NCBI RefSeq assembly: GCF_009914755.1
Contig: NC_060928.1
DNA length: 64,000 bases
Source: the human T2T-CHM13v2.0 reference genome, Homo sapiens
Strand: one strand, 5' to 3'
The position numbers were made by a program, and so were the translations under genes. The notes beneath the pieces are model-generated. The model was given only the letters and a program-made list of their open reading frames with translations, had not been told where the DNA came from and ran no database searches. Shown one piece after another: positions 39,645 through 55,100 of this stretch; position 1 is the first letter of the stretch, and each line of letters opens with the position of its first letter.

Positions 39645-42600
39645 GTGGATATTTGGATAGCTTTGAGGATTTCGTTGGAAATGGGTTATCTTCATATAAA
39701 ATCCAGACAGGAGCATTCTCAGAAACTTCTTTGTGCTGCATGTCCTCAATTCACAGAGCTGAACCTTTGTTTGGATACAGCATTTTGGAGACATTCCTTT
39801 AGTAGAATCTGCAAGTTGATATTTAGATAGCTTTGAAGATTTCGTTGGAAGCGGGAATATCTTCATAGAAAATCTAGACGGAAGCATTCTCAGAAACTGC
39901 TTTGTGATGTTTGCATTCAAGTCACAGAGTTGAATATTCCCTTTTATAGAGTAGGTTTGAAACACTCTTTCGGCACTACCTGGAAGTGGATATTTCGAGC
40001 TCTTTGAGGCCTATGGTTAAAAGGAAATATCTTCCCATAAAAACTAGACAGAAGCCGTCTCAGAAACTTGTTTGTGATGTGTGTATTCAACTAACAGAGT
40101 TGAACATTTCTGTTACAGAGCAATTTTAAAACACTCTTTTTGTGGAATCTGAAAGTGGATAATTGGATAGCTTTGTGGATTTCGTTGGAAACGGGATGAC
40201 GTATAAAATCTAGAGAGAAGCATTCTCAGGAACTTCTTTCTGATGTTTGCATTCAAGTCACAGAATTGAACATTCCTTTTCATAGTGCAGGTTTGAAACA
40301 CTCTTTCTGTAGTATCTGGAAGTGGACATTTCAAGCGCTTTCAGGCCTACGGGGAGAAAGGAAATATCTTCAAATAAAAACTAGACAGAAGCATTCTCAG
40401 AAACTTATTTGTGATGTGTGTCCTAAACGAACACAGTTGAACCTTTGTTTTGATACAGCATTTTGGAAACACTCCTTTTGTAGGATCTGCAGGTGGATAT
40501 TTGGATAGATTTTAAGATTTCGTTGGAAACGGGAATTTCTTCATAGAAACTCAAGACAGATGCATTCTCCGAAACTTCTCTGTGATGTTTGCATTCCACT
40601 CATAGAGTTGAAGACTTCCTTTCATAGAGCAGGTTTGAAACACTCTTTTTGTAATATTTGGAAGTGGACATTTGCAGCGCTTTGAGGCCTATGGTGAAAA
40701 AGGAAATATCTTCTCATAAAAACCAGAAACAAGCATTCTCAGAAACTTCTTTTTGATGTGTGTACTCAAGTAACAGAGTTGAACCTTCCTTTTGACACAG
40801 CAGTTTTGAAACAATCTTTTTGTAGAATCTGCAAGTGGATATTTGGATAGCTTTGAGGATTTCGTTGGAAACGGGATATCTTCATATAAAATCTAGACAG
40901 AAGCATTCTCAGAAACTTCTTTGTGCTGTATGTCCTCAATTAACGAGTTGAACCATTGCTTGGATACAGCATTTTGGAAACATTCCTTTAGTAGAATCTG
41001 CAAGTTGATATTTAGATAGATTTGAAGATTTCGTTGGAAACGGGAATATCTTCATAGAAAATCTAGACGGAAGCATTCTCAGAAACTGCTTTGTGATGTT
41101 TCCATTCAAGTCAGAGTTGAATATTCTCTTTTATAGAGCACGTTTGAAACACTCTTTCTGCACTATCTGGAAGTGGACATTTCGAGCGCTTTGAGGCCTA
41201 TGGTGAAAAAGGAAATATCTTCCCGTAAAAACTAGACAGAAGCATTCTCAGAAACTTGTTTGTGATGTGTGTATTCAACTAACAGAGTTGAACTTTTGTT
41301 TTTACAGAGCCGTTTTAAAACACTCTTTTTGTGGAATCAGAAAGTGGATATTCGGATGGCTCTGAGGATTTCGTTGGAAGCGGGATTACATATAAAATCT
41401 AGAGAGAAGCATTCTCAGGAACTTCTTTGTGATGTTTGCATTGAAGTCACAGAATTGAACATTCACTTTGATAGAGCAGGTTTGAAACACTCATTCTGTA
41501 GTATCTGGAAGTGGACATTTCAAGCGCTTTCAGGCCTATGGTGAGAAAGGAAATATCTTCGAATAAAAACTAGACAGAAGCATCCTCAGAAACTTATTTG
41601 TGATGTGTGTCCTCAACTAACAGAGTTGAAACTTTGTTTTGATACAGCATTTTGGAAACAGTCTTTTTGTAGAATCTGCAGGTGGATATTTGGATAGCTT
41701 AGAGGGATTCGTTGGAAAGGGGATATCTTCATATAAAATCTAGACAGAAGCATTCTCAGAAACTTATTTGTGATGTGTGTCCTCAACTAACAGAGTTGAA
41801 CCTTGGTTTTGATACAGCATTTTGGAAACACTCCTTTTGTAGAATCTGCAGGTGGATATGTGGATAGCTCTGAAGATTTCGTTGGAAACGGGAATTTCTT
41901 CATATAAAATCAAACAGAAGCATTCTCAGAAACTTCTCAGTGATGTTTGCATTCAGCTCATGGAGTTGAACACTTCCTTTCATAGAGCCGGTTTGAAACA
42001 CTCTTTCTGCACTACCTGGAAGAGGACATTTCGAGCGCTTTGAGTCCTATGGTGAAAAAGGAAATATCTTCTCATAAAAACCAGAAAGAAGCATTCTCAG
42101 AAACTTCTTTGTGTTGTGTGTACTCATGTAACAGTGTTGAACCATCCTTTTGACAGAGCAGTTTTGAAACACTCTTTTTGTAGAATCTGCAAGTGGATAT
42201 TTGGATAGCTTTGAGGATTTCGTTGGAAACGGGATGACATATAATATCTAGAGAGAAGCATTCTCAGGAACTTCTTTGTGATGTTTGCATTCAAGTCACA
42301 GAATTGAACATTCCCTTTCATAGAGCAGGTTTGAAACACTCTTTCTCTAGTATCTGGAAGTGGGCATTTCAAGCGCTTTCAGGCCTATGGAGAGAAAGGA
42401 AATACCTTCAAATAAAAACTAGACAGAAGCATTCTCAGAAACTTATTTGTGATGTGTGTCCTCAACTAACAGAGTTGAACCTTTGTTTTGATACAGCATT
42501 TTGGAAACACTCCTTTTGTAGAATCTGCAGGTGGATATTTGGATAGCTTTGAAGATTTCGTTGGAAACCGGAATATCTTCATATAAAATCAAGACAGAAG

Positions 42601-45600
42601 CATTCTCGGAAACATCTCTGTGATGTTTGCATTCAACTCAGTAGAGTTGAACACTTCCTTTCATAGAGCCGGTTTGAAACACTCTTTCTGCACTACCTGG
42701 AAGCGGACATTTCGAGCGCTTTGAGGCCTATGGTGAAAAAGGAAATATCTTCTCATAAAAACCAGAAAGAAGCATTCTCAGAAACTTCTTTGTGTTGTGT
42801 GTACTCAAGTAACAGTGTTGAACCTTCCTTTTGACAGAGCAGTTTTGAAACACTCTTTTGGTAGAATCTGCAAGTGGATATTTGGATAGCTTTGAGGATT
42901 TCGTTGGAAATGGGTTATCTTCATATAAAATCCAGACAGGAGCATTCTCAGAAACTTCTTTGTGCTGCATGTCCTCAATTCACAGAGCTGAACCTTTGTT
43001 TGGATACAGCATTTTGGAGACATTCCTTTAGTAGAATCTGCAAGTTGATATTTAGATAGCTTTGAAGATTTCGTTGGAAACGGGAATATCTTCATAGAAA
43101 ATCTAGACGGAAGCATTCTCAGAAACTGCTTTGTGATGTTTGCATTCAAGTCACAGAGTTGAATATTCCCTTTTATAGAGTAGGTTTGAAACACTCTTTC
43201 GGCACTACCTGGAAGTGGATATTTCGAGCTCTTTGAGGCCTATGGTTAAAAGGAAATATCTTCCCATAAAAACTAGACAGAAGCCGTCTCAGAAACTTGT
43301 TTGGGATGTGTGTATTCAACTAACAGAGTTGAACATTTCTGTTACAGAGCAATTTTAAAACACTCTTTTTGTGGAATCTGAAAGTGGATAATTGGATAGC
43401 TTTGTGGATTTCGTTGGAAACGGGATGACGTATAAAATCTAGAGAGAAGCATTCTCAGGAACTTCTTTCTGATGTTTGCATTCAAGTCACAGAATTGAAC
43501 ATTCCTTTTCATAGTGCAGGTTTGAAACACTCTTTCTGTAGTATCTGGAAGTGGACATTTCAAGCGCTTTCAGGCCTACGGGGAGAAAGGAAATATCTTC
43601 AAATAAAAACTAGACAGAAGGATTCTCAGAAACTTATTTGTGATGTGTGTCCTAAACGAACACAGTTGAACCTTTGTTTTGATACAGCATTTTGGAAACA
43701 CTCCTTTTGTAGGATCTGCAGGTGGATATTTGGATAGATTTTAAGATTTCGTTGGAAACGGGAATTTCTTCATAGAAACTCAAGACAGATGCATTCTCCG
43801 AAACTTCTCTGTGATGTTTGCATTCCACTCATAGAGTTGAAGACTTCCTTTCATAGAGCAGGTTTGAAACACTCTTTTTGTAATATTTGGAAGTGGACAT
43901 TTGCAGCGCTTTGAGGCCTATGGTGAAAAAGGAAATATCTTCTCATAAAAACCAGAAACAAGCATTCTCAGAAACTTCTTTTTGATGTGTGTACTCAAGT
44001 AACAGAGTTGAACCTTCCTTTTGACACAGCAGTTTTGAAACAATCTTTTTGTAGAATCTGCAAGTGGATATTTGGATAGCTTTGAGGATTTCGTTGGAAA
44101 CGGGATATCTTCATATAAAATCAAGACAGAAGCATTCTCAGAAACTTCTTTGTGCTGTATGTCCTCAATTAACGAGTTGAACCATTGCTTGGATACAGCA
44201 TTTTGGAAACATTCCTTTAGTAGAATCTGCAAGTTGATATTTAGATAGATTTGAAGATTTCGTTGGAAACGGGAATATCTTCATAGAAAATCTAGACGGA
44301 AGCATTCTCAGAAACTGCTTTGTGATGTTTCCATTCAAGTCAGAGTTGAATATTCTCTTTTATAGAGCACGTTTGAAACACTCTTTCTGCACTATCTGGA
44401 AGTGGACATTTCGAGCGCTTTGAGGCCTATGGTGAAAAAGGAAATATCTTCCCGTAAAAACTAGACAGAAGCATTCTCAGAAACTTGTTTGTGATGTGTG
44501 TATTCAACTAACAGAGTTGAACTTTTGTTTTTACAGAGCCATTTTAAAACACTCTTTTTGTGGAATCAGAAAGTGGATATTCGGATGGCTCTGAGGATTT
44601 CGTTGGAAGCGGGATTACATATAAAATCTAGAGAGAAGCATTCTCAGGAACTTCTTTGTGATGTTTGCATTGAAGTCACAGAATTGAACATTCACTTTGA
44701 TAGAGCAGGTTTGAAACACTCATTCTGTAGTATCTGGAAGTGGACATTTCAAGCGCTTTCAGGCCTATGGTGAGAAAGGAAATATCTTCGAATAAAAACT
44801 AGACAGAAGCATCCTCAGAAACTTATTTGTGATGTGTGTCCTCAACTAACAGAGTTGAAACTTTGTTTTGATACAGCATTTTGGAAACAGTCTTTTTGTA
44901 GAATCTGCAGGTGGATATTTGGATAGCTTAGAGGGATTCGTTGGAAAGGGGATATCTTCATATAAAATCTAGACAGAAGCATTCTCAGAAACTTATTTGT
45001 GATGTGTGTCCTCAACTAACAGAGTTGAACCTTGGTTTTGATACAGCATTTTGGAAACACTCCTTTTGTAGAATCTGCAGGTGGATATGTGGATAGCTCT
45101 GAAGATTTCGTTGGAAACGGGAATTTCTTCATATAAAATCAAACAGAAGCATTCTCAGAAACTTCTCAGTGATGTTTGCCTTCAGCTCATGGAGTTGAAC
45201 ACTTCCTTTCATAGAGCCGGTTTGAAACACTCTTTCTGCACTACCTGGAAGAGGACATTTCGAGCGCTTTGAGTCCTATGGTGAAAAAGGAAATATCTTC
45301 TCATAAAAACCAGAAAGAAACATTCTCAGAAACTTCTTTGTGTTGTGTGTACTCATGTAACAGTGTTGAACCATCCTTTTGACAGAGCAGTTTTGAAACA
45401 CTCTTTTTGTAGAATCTGCAAGTGGATATTTGGATAGCTTTGAGGATTTCGTTGGAAACGGGATGACATATAATATCTAGAGAGAAGCATTCTCAGGAAC
45501 TTCTTTGTGATGTTTGCATTCAAGTCACAGAATTGAACATTCCCTTTCATAGAGCAGGTTTGAAACACTCTTTCTCTAGTATCTGGAAGTGGGCATTTCA

Positions 45601-46102
45601 AGCGCTTTCAGGCCTATGGAGAGAAAGGAAATACCTTCAAATAAAAACTAGACAGAAGCATTCTCAGAAACTTATTTGTGATGTGTGTCCTCAACTAACA
45701 GAGTTGAACCTTTGTTTTGATACAGCATTTTGGAAACACTCCTTTTGTAGAATCTGCAGGTGGATATTTGGATAGCTTTGAAGATTTCGTTGGAAACCGG
45801 AATATCTTCATATAAAATCAAGACAGAAGCATTCTCGGAAACATCTCTGTGATGTTTGCATTCAACTCAGTAGAGTTGAACACTTCCTTTCATAGAGCAG
45901 GTTTGAAACACTCTTTCTGCACTACCTGGAAGCGGACATTTCGAGCGCTTTGAGGCCTATGGTGAAAAAGGAAATATCTTCTCATAAAAACCAGAAAGAA
46001 GCATTCTCAGAAACTTCTTTGTGTTGTGTGTACTCAAGTAACAGTGTTGAACCTTCCTTTTGACACAGCAGTTTTGAAACACTCTTTTGGTAGAATCTGC
46101 AA
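39645..46102 (+). repeat. Two adjacent 3229-bp HOR copies sharing a 1-bp and a 2-bp deletion
   Basis: TAACGAGTTG (vs TAACAGAGTTG) at ~40941 and ~44170; TCAGAGTTGA (vs TCAGAGAGTTGA) at ~41111 and ~44340; ORF-track spacing of 3229 twice. Confidence 0.9.
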
Positions 46103-49100
46103 GTGGATATTTGGATAGCTTTGAGGATTTCGTTGGAAACGGGTTATCTTCATATAAAATCCAGACAGGAGCATTCTCAGAAACTTCTTTGTGCTGTATG
46201 TCCTCAATTCACAGAGCTGAACCTTTGTTTGGATACAGCATTTTGGAGACATTCCTTTAGTAGAATCTGCAAGTTGATATTTAGATAGCTTTGAAGATTT
46301 CGTTGGAAACGGCAATATCTTCATAGAAAATCTAGACGGAAGCATTCTCAGAAACTGCTTTGTGATGTTTGCATTCAAGTCACAGAGTTGAATATTCCCT
46401 TTTATAGAGTAGGTTTGAAACACTCTTTCGGCACTACCTGGAAGTGGATATTTCGAGCTCTTTGAGGCCTATGGTTAAAAGGAAATATCTTCCCATAAAA
46501 ACTAGACAGAAGCCGTCTCAGAAACTTGTTTGTGATGTGTGTATTCAACTAACAGAGTTGAACATTTCTGTTACAGAGCAATTTTAAAACACTCTTTTTG
46601 TGGAATCTGAAAGTGGATAATTGGATAGCTTTGTGGATTTCGTTGGAAACGGGATGACGTATAAAATCTAGAGAGAAGCATTCTCAGGAACTTCTTTCTG
46701 ATGTTTGCATTCAAGTCACAGAATTGAACATTCCTTTTCATAGTGCAGGTTTGAAACACTCTTTCTGTAGTATCTGGAAGTGGACATTTCAAGCGCTTTC
46801 AGGCCTACGGGGAGAAAGGAAATATCTTCAAATAAAAACTAGACAGAAGCATTCTCAGAAACTTATTTGTGATGTGTGTCCTAAATGAACACAGTTGAAC
46901 CTTTGTTTTGATACAGCATTTTGGAAACACTCCTTTTGTAGGATCTGCAGGTGGATATTTGGATAGATTTTAAGATTTCGTTGGAAACGGGAATTTCTTC
47001 ATAGAAACTCAAGACAGATGCATTCTCCGAAACTTCTCTGTGATGTTTGCATTCCACTCATAGAGTTGAAGACTTCCTTTCATAGAGCAGGTTTGAAACA
47101 CTCTTTTTGTAATATTTGGAAGTGGACATTTGCAGCGCTTTGAGGCCTATGGTGAAAAAGGAAATATCTTCTCATAAAAACCAGAAACAAGCATTCTCAG
47201 AAACTTCTTTTTGATGTGTGTACTCAAGTAACAGAGTTGAACCTTCCTTTTGACACAGCAGTTTTGAAACAATCTTTTTGTAGAATCTGCAAGTGGATAT
47301 TTGGATAGCTTTGAGGATTTCGTTGGAAACGGGATATCTTCATATAAAATCTAGACAGAAGCATTCTCAGAAACTTCTTTGTGCTGTATGTCCTCAATTA
47401 ACAGAGTTGAACCATTGCTTGGATACAGCATTTTGGAAACATTCCTTTAGTAGAATCTGCAAGTTGATATTTAGATAGATTTGAAGATTTCGTTGGAAAC
47501 GGGAATATCTTCATAGAAAATCTAGACGGAAGCATTCTCAGAAACTGCTTTGTGATGTTTCCATTCAAGTCAGAGAGTTGAATATTCTCTTTTATAGAGC
47601 ACGTTTGAAACACTCTTTCTGCACTATCTGGAAGTGGACATTTCGAGCGCTTTGAGGCCTATGGTGAAAAAGGAAATATCTTCCCATAAAAACTAGACAG
47701 AAGCATTCTCAGAAACTTGTTTGTGATGTGTGTATTCAACTAACAGAGTTGAACTTTTGTTTTTACAGAGCCGTTTTAAAACACTCTTTTTGTGGAATCA
47801 GAAAGTGGATATTCGGATGGCTCTGAGGATTTCGTTGGAAGCGGGATTACATATAAAATCTAGAGAGAAGCATTCTCCTTAACTTCTTTGTGATGTTTGC
47901 ATTGAAGTCACAGAATTGAACATTCACTTTGATAGAGCAGGTTTGAAACACTCATTCTGTAGTATCTGGAAGTGGACATTTCAAGCGCTTTCAGGCCTAT
48001 GGTGAGAAAGGAAATATCTTCGAATAAAAACTACACAGAAGCATCCTCAGAAACTTATTTGTGATGTGTGTCCTCAACTAACAGAGTTGAAACTTTGTTT
48101 TGATACAGCATTTTGGAAACAGTCTTTTTGTAGAATCTGCAGGTGGATATTTGGATAGCTTAGAGGGATTCGTTGGAAAGGGGATATTTTCATATAAAAT
48201 GTAGACAGAAGCATTCTCAGAAACTTATTTGTGATGTGTGTCCTCAACTAACAGAGTTGAACCTTGGTTTTCATACAGCATTTTGGAAACACTCCTTTTG
48301 TAGAATCTGCAGGTGGATATGTGGATAGCTCTGAAGATTTCGTTGGAAACGGGAATTTCTTCATATAAAATCAAACAGAAGCATTCTCAGAAACTTCTCA
48401 GTGATGTTTGCATTCAGTTCATGGAGTTGAACACTTCCTTTCATAGAGCCGGTTTGAAACACTCTTTCTGCACTACCTGGAAGAGGACATTTCGAGCGCT
48501 TTGAGTCCTATGGTGAAAAAGGAAATATCTTCTCATAAAAACCAGAAAGAAGCATTCTCAGAAACTTCTTTGTGTTGTGTGTACTCATGTAACAGTGTTG
48601 AAGCATCCTTTTGACAGAGCAGTTTTGAAACACTCTTTTTGTAGAATCTGCAAGTGGATATTTGGATAGCTTTGAGGATTTCGTTGGAAACGGGATGACA
48701 TATAATATCTAGAGAGAAGCATTCTCAGGAACTTCTTTGTGATGTTTGCATTCAAGTCACAGAATTGAACATTCCCTTTCATAGAGCAGGTTTGAAACAC
48801 TCTTTCTCTAGTATCTGGAAGTGGGCATTTCAAGCGCTTTCAGGCCTATGGAGAGAAAGGAAATACCTTCAAATAAAAACTAGACAGAAGCATTCTCAGA
48901 AACTTATTTGTGATGTGTGTCCTCAACTAACAGAGTTGAACCTTTGTTTTGATACAGCATTTTGGAAACACTCCTTTTGTAGAATCTGCAGGTGGATATT
49001 TGGATAGCTTTGAAGATTTCGTTGGAAACCGGAATATCTTCATATAAAATCAAGACAGAAGCATTCTCGGAAACATCTCTGTGATGTTTGCATTCAACTC

Positions 49101-52100
49101 AGTAGAGTTGAACACTTCCTTTCATAGAGCAGGTTTGAAACACTCTTTCTGCACTACCTGGAAGCGGACATTTCGAGCGCTTTGAGGCCTATGGTGAAAA
49201 AGGAAATATCTTCTCATAAAAACCAGAAAGAAGCATTCTCAGAAACTTCTTTGTGTTGTGTGTACTCAAGTAACAGTGTTGAACCTTCCTTTTGACACAG
49301 CAGTTTTGAAACACTCTTTTGGTAGAATCTGCAAGTGGATATTTGGATAGCTTTGAGGATTTCGTTGGAAACGGGTTATCTTCATATAAAATCAGACAGG
49401 AGCATTCTCAGAAACTTCTTTGTGCTGTATGTCCTCAATTCACAGAGCTGAACCTATGTTTGGATACAGCATTTTGGAAACATTCCTTTAGTAGAATCTG
49501 CAAGTTGATATTTAGATAGCTTTGAAGATTTCGTTGGAAACGGGAATATCTTCATAGAAAATCTAGACGGAAGCATTCTCAGAAACTGCTTTGTGATGTT
49601 TGCATTCAAGTCACAGAGTTGAATATTCCCTTTTATAGAGTAGGTTTGAAACACTCTTTCGGCACTACCTGGAAGTGGATATTTCGAGCTCTTTGAGGCC
49701 TATGGTTAAAAGGAAATATCTTCCCATAAAAACTAGACAGAAGCCGTCTCAGAAACTTGTTTGTGATGTGTGTATTCAACTAACAGAGTTGAACATTTCT
49801 GTTACAGAGCAATTTTAAAACACTCTTTTTGTGGAATCTGAAAGTGGATAATTGGATAGCTTTGTGGATTTCGTTGGAAACGGGATGACGTATAAAATCT
49901 AGAGAGAAGCATTCTCAGGAACTTCTTTCTGATGTTTGCATTCAAGTCACAGAATTGAACATTCCTTTTCATAGTGCAGGTTTGAAACACTCTTTCTGTA
50001 GTATCTGGAAGTGGACATTTCAAGCGCTTTCAGGCCTACGGGGAGAAAGGAAATATCTTCAAATAAAAACTAGACAGAAGGATTCTCAGAAACTTATTTG
50101 TGATGTGTGTCCTAAACGAACACAGTTGAACCTTTCTTTTGATACAGCATTTTGGAAACACTCCTTTTGTAGGATCTGCAGGTGGATATTTGGATAGATT
50201 TTAAGATTTCGTTGGAAACGGGAATTTCTTCATAGAAACTCAAGACAGATGCATTCTCCGAAACTTCTCTGTGATGTTTGCATTCCACTCATAGAGTTGA
50301 AAACTTCCTTTCATAGAGCAGGTTTGAAACACTCTTTTTGTAATATTTGGAAGTGGACATTTGCAGCGCTTTGAGGCCTATGGTGAAAAAGGAAATATCT
50401 TCTCATAAAAACCAGAAACAAGCATTCTCAGAAACTTCTTTTTGATGTGTGTACTCAAGTAACAGAGTTGAACCTTCCTTTTGACACAGCAGTTTTGAAA
50501 CAATCTTTTTGTAGAATCTGCAAGTGGATATTTGGATAGCTTTGAGGATTTCGTTGGAAACGGGATATCTTCATATAAAATCTAGACAGAAGCATTCTCA
50601 GAAACTTCTTTGTGCTGTATGTCCTCAATTAACAGAGTTGAACCATTGCTTGGATACAGCATTTTGGAAACATTCCTTTAGTAGAATCTGCAAGTTGATA
50701 TTTAGATAGATTTGAAGATTTCGTTGGAAACGGGAATATCTTCATAGAAAATCTAGATGGAAGCATTCTCAGAAACTGCTTTGTGATGTTTCCATTCAAG
50801 TCAGAGAGTTGAATATTCTCTTTTATAGAGCACGTTTGAAACACTCTTTCTGCACTATCTGGAAGTGGACATTTCGAGCGCTTTGAGGCCTATGGTGAAA
50901 AAGGAAATATCTTCCCATAAAAACTAGACAGAAGCATTCTCAGAAACTTGTTTGTGATGTGTGTATTCAACTAACAGAGTTGAACTTTTGTTTTTACAGA
51001 GCCGTTTTAAAACACTCTTTTTGTGGAATCAGAAAGTGGATATTCGGATGGCTCTGAGGATTTCGTTGGAAGCGGGATTACATATAAAATCTAGAGAGAA
51101 GCATTCTCAGGAACTTCTTTGTGATGTTTGCATTGAAGTCACAGAATTGAACATTCACTTTGATAGAGCAGGTTTGAAACACTCATTCTGTAGTATCTGG
51201 AAGTGGACATTTCAAGCACTTTCAGGCCTATGGTGAGAAAGGAAATATCTTCGAATAAAAACTACACAGAAGCATCCTCAGAAACTTATTTGTGATGTGT
51301 GTCCTCAACTAACAGAGTTGAAACTTTGTTTTGATACAGCATTTTGGAAACAGTCTTTTTGTAGAATCTGCAGGTGGATATTTGGATAGCTTAGAGGGAT
51401 TCGTTGGAAAGGGGATATCTTCATATAAAATCTAGACAGAAGCATTCTCAGAAACTTATTTGTGATGTGTGTCCTCAACTAACAGAGTTGAACCTTGGTT
51501 TTCATACAGCATTTTGGAAACACTCCTTTTGTAGAATCTGCAGGTGGATATGTGGATAGCTCTGAAGATTTCGTTGGAAACGGGAATTTCTTCATATAAA
51601 ATCAAACAGAAGCATTCTCAGAAACTTCTCAGTGATGTTTGCCTTCAGCTCATGGAGTTGAACACTTCCTTTCATAGAGCCGGTTTGAAACACTCTTTCT
51701 GCACTACCTGGAAGAGGACATTTCGAGCGCTTTGAGTCCTATGGTGAAAAAGGAAATATCTTCTCATAAAAACCAGAAAGAAACATTCTCAGAAACTTCT
51801 TTGTGTTGTGTGTACTCATGTAACAGTGTTGAAGCATCCTTTTGACAGAGCAGTTTTGAAACACTCTTTTTGTAGAATCTGCAAGTGGATATTTGGATAG
51901 CTTTGAGGATTTCGTTGGAAACGGGATGACATATAATATCTAGAGAGAAGCATTCTCAGGAACTTCTTTGTGATGTTTGCATTCAAGTCACAGAATTGAA
52001 CATTCCCTTTCATAGAGCAGGTTTGAAACACTCTTTCTCTAGTATCTGGAAGTGGGCATTTCAAGCGCTTTCAGGCCTATGGAGAGAAAGGAAATACCTT

Positions 52101-55100
52101 CAAATAAAAACTAGACAGAAGCATTCTCAGAAACTTATTTGTGATGTGTGTCCTCAACTAACAGAGTTGAACCTTTGTTTTGATACAGCATTTTGGAAAC
52201 ACTCCTTTTGTAGAATCTGCAGGTGGATATTTGGATAGCTTTGAAGATTTCGTTGGAAACCGGAATATCTTCATATAAAATCAAGACAGAAGCATTCTCG
52301 GAAACATCTCTGTGATGTTTGCATTCAACTCAGTAGAGTTGAACACTTCCTTTCATAGAGCAGGTTTGAAACACTCTTTCTGCACTACCTGGAAGCGGAC
52401 ATTTCGAGCGCTTTGAGGCCTATGGTGAAAAAGGAAATATCTTCTCATAAAAACCAGAAAGAAGCATTCTCAGAAACTTCTTTGTGTTGTGTGTACTCAA
52501 GTAACAGTGTTGAACCTTCCTTTTGACACAGCAGTTTTGAAACACTCTTTTGGTAGAATCTGCAAGTGGATATTTGGATAGCTTTGAGGATTTCGTTGGA
52601 AACGGGTTATCTTCATATAAAATCAGACAGGAGCATTCTCAGAAACTTCTTTGTGCTGTATGTCCTCAATTCACAGAGCTGAACCTATGTTTGGATACAG
52701 CATTTTGGAAACATTCCTTTAGTAGAATCTGCAAGTTGATATTTAGATAGCTTTGAAGATTTCGTTGGAAACGGGAATATCTTCATAGAAAATCTAGACG
52801 GAAGCATTCTCAGAAACTGCTTTGTGATGTTTGCATTCAAGTCACAGAGTTGAATATTCCCTTTTATAGAGTAGGTTTGAAACACTCTTTCGGCACTACC
52901 TGGAAGTGGATATTTCGAGCTCTTTGAGGCCTATGGTTAAAAGGAAATATCTTCCCATAAAAACTAGACAGAAGCCGTCTCAGAAACTTGTTTGTGATGT
53001 GTGTATTCAACTAACAGAGTTGAACATTTCTGTTACAGAGCAATTTTAAAACACTCTTTTTGTGGAATCTGAAAGTGGATAATTGGATAGCTTTGTGGAT
53101 TTCGTTGGAAACGGGATGACGTATAAAATCTAGAGAGAAGCATTCTCAGGAACTTCTTTCTGATGTTTGCATTCAAGTCACAGAATTGAACATTCCTTTT
53201 CATAGTGCAGGTTTGAAACACTCTTTCTGTAGTATCTGGAAGTGGACATTTCAAGCGCTTTCAGGCCTACGGGGAGAAAGGAAATATCTTCAAATAAAAA
53301 CTAGACAGAAGCATTCTCAGAAACTTATTTGTGATGTGTGTCCTAAATGAACACAGTTGAACCTTTGTTTTGATACAGCATTTTGGAAACACTCCTTTTG
53401 TAGGATCTGCAGGTGGATATTTGGATAGATTTTAAGATTTCGTTGGAAACGGGAATTTCTTCATAGAAACTCAAGACAGATGCATTCTCCGAAACTTCTC
53501 TGTGATGTTTGCATTCCACTCATAGAGTTGAAGACTTCCTTTCATAGAGCAGGTTTGAAACACTCTTTTTGTAATATTTGGAAGTGGACATTTGCAGCGC
53601 TTTGAGGCCTATGGTGAAAAAGGAAATATCTTCTCATAAAAAACAGAAACAAGCATTCTCAGAAACTTCTTTTTGATGTGTGTACTCAAGTAACAGAGTT
53701 GAACCTTCCTTTTAACACAGCAGTTTTGAAACAATCTTTTTGTAGAATCTGCAAGTGGATATTTGGATAGCTTTGAGGATTTCGTTGGAAACGGGATATC
53801 TTCATATAAAATCTAGACAGAAGCATTCTCAGAAACTTCTTTGTGCTGTATGTCCTCAATTAACAGAGTTGAACCATTGCTTGGATACAGCATTTTGGAA
53901 ACATTCCTTTAGTAGAATCTGCAAGTTGATATTTAGATAGATTTGAAGATTTCGTTGGAAACGGGAATATCTTCATAGAAAATCTAGACGGAAGCATTCT
54001 CAGAAACTGCTTTGTGATGTTTCCATTCAAGTCAGAGAGTTGAATATTCTCTTTTATAGAGCACGTTTGAAACACTCTTTCTGCACTATCTGGAAGTGGA
54101 CATTTCGAGCGCTTTGAGGCCTATGGTGAAAAAGGAAATATCTTCCCATAAAAACTAGACAGAAGCATTCTCAGAAACTTGTTTGTGATGTGTGTATTCA
54201 ACTAACAGAGTTGAACTTTTGTTTTTACAGAGCCGTTTTAAAACACTCTTTTTGTGGAATCAGAAAGTGGATATTCAGATGGCTCTGAGGATTTCGTTGG
54301 AAGCGGGATTACATATAAAATCTAGAGAGAAGCATTCTCAGGAACTTCTTTGTGATGTTTGCATTGAAGTCACAGAATTGAACATTCACTTTGATAGAGC
54401 AGGTTTGAAACACTCATTCTGTAGTATCTGGAAGTGGACATTTCAAGCGCTTTCAGGCCTATGGTGAGAAAGGAAATATCTTCGAATAAAAACTAGACAG
54501 AATCATCCTCAGAAACTTATTTGTGATGTGTGTCCTCAACTAACAGAGTTGAAACTTTGTTTTGATACAGCATTTTGGAAACACTCTTTTTGTAGAATCT
54601 GCAGGTGGATATTTGGATAGCTTAGAGGGATTCGTTGGAAAGGGGATATCTTCATATAAAATCTAGACAGAAGCATTCTCAGAAACTTATTTGTGATGTG
54701 TGTCCTCAACTAACAGAGTTGAACCTTGGTTTTGATACAGCATTTTGGAAACACTCCTTTTGTAGAATCTGCAGGTGGATATGTGGATAGCTCTGAAGAT
54801 TTCGTTGGAAACGGGAATTTCTTCATATAAAATCAAACAGAAGCATTCTCAGAAACTTCTCAGTGATGTTTGCATTCAGCTCATGGAGTTGAACACTTCC
54901 TTTCATAGAGCCGGTTTGAAACACTCTTTCTGCACTACCTGGAAGAGGACATTTCGAGCGCTTTGAGTCCTATGGTGAAAAAGGAAATATCTTCTCATAA
55001 AAACCAGAAAGAAGCATTCTCAGAAACTTCTTTGTGTTGTGTGTACTCATGTAAGAGTGTTGAACCATCCTTTTGACAGAGCAGTTTTGAAACACTCTTT

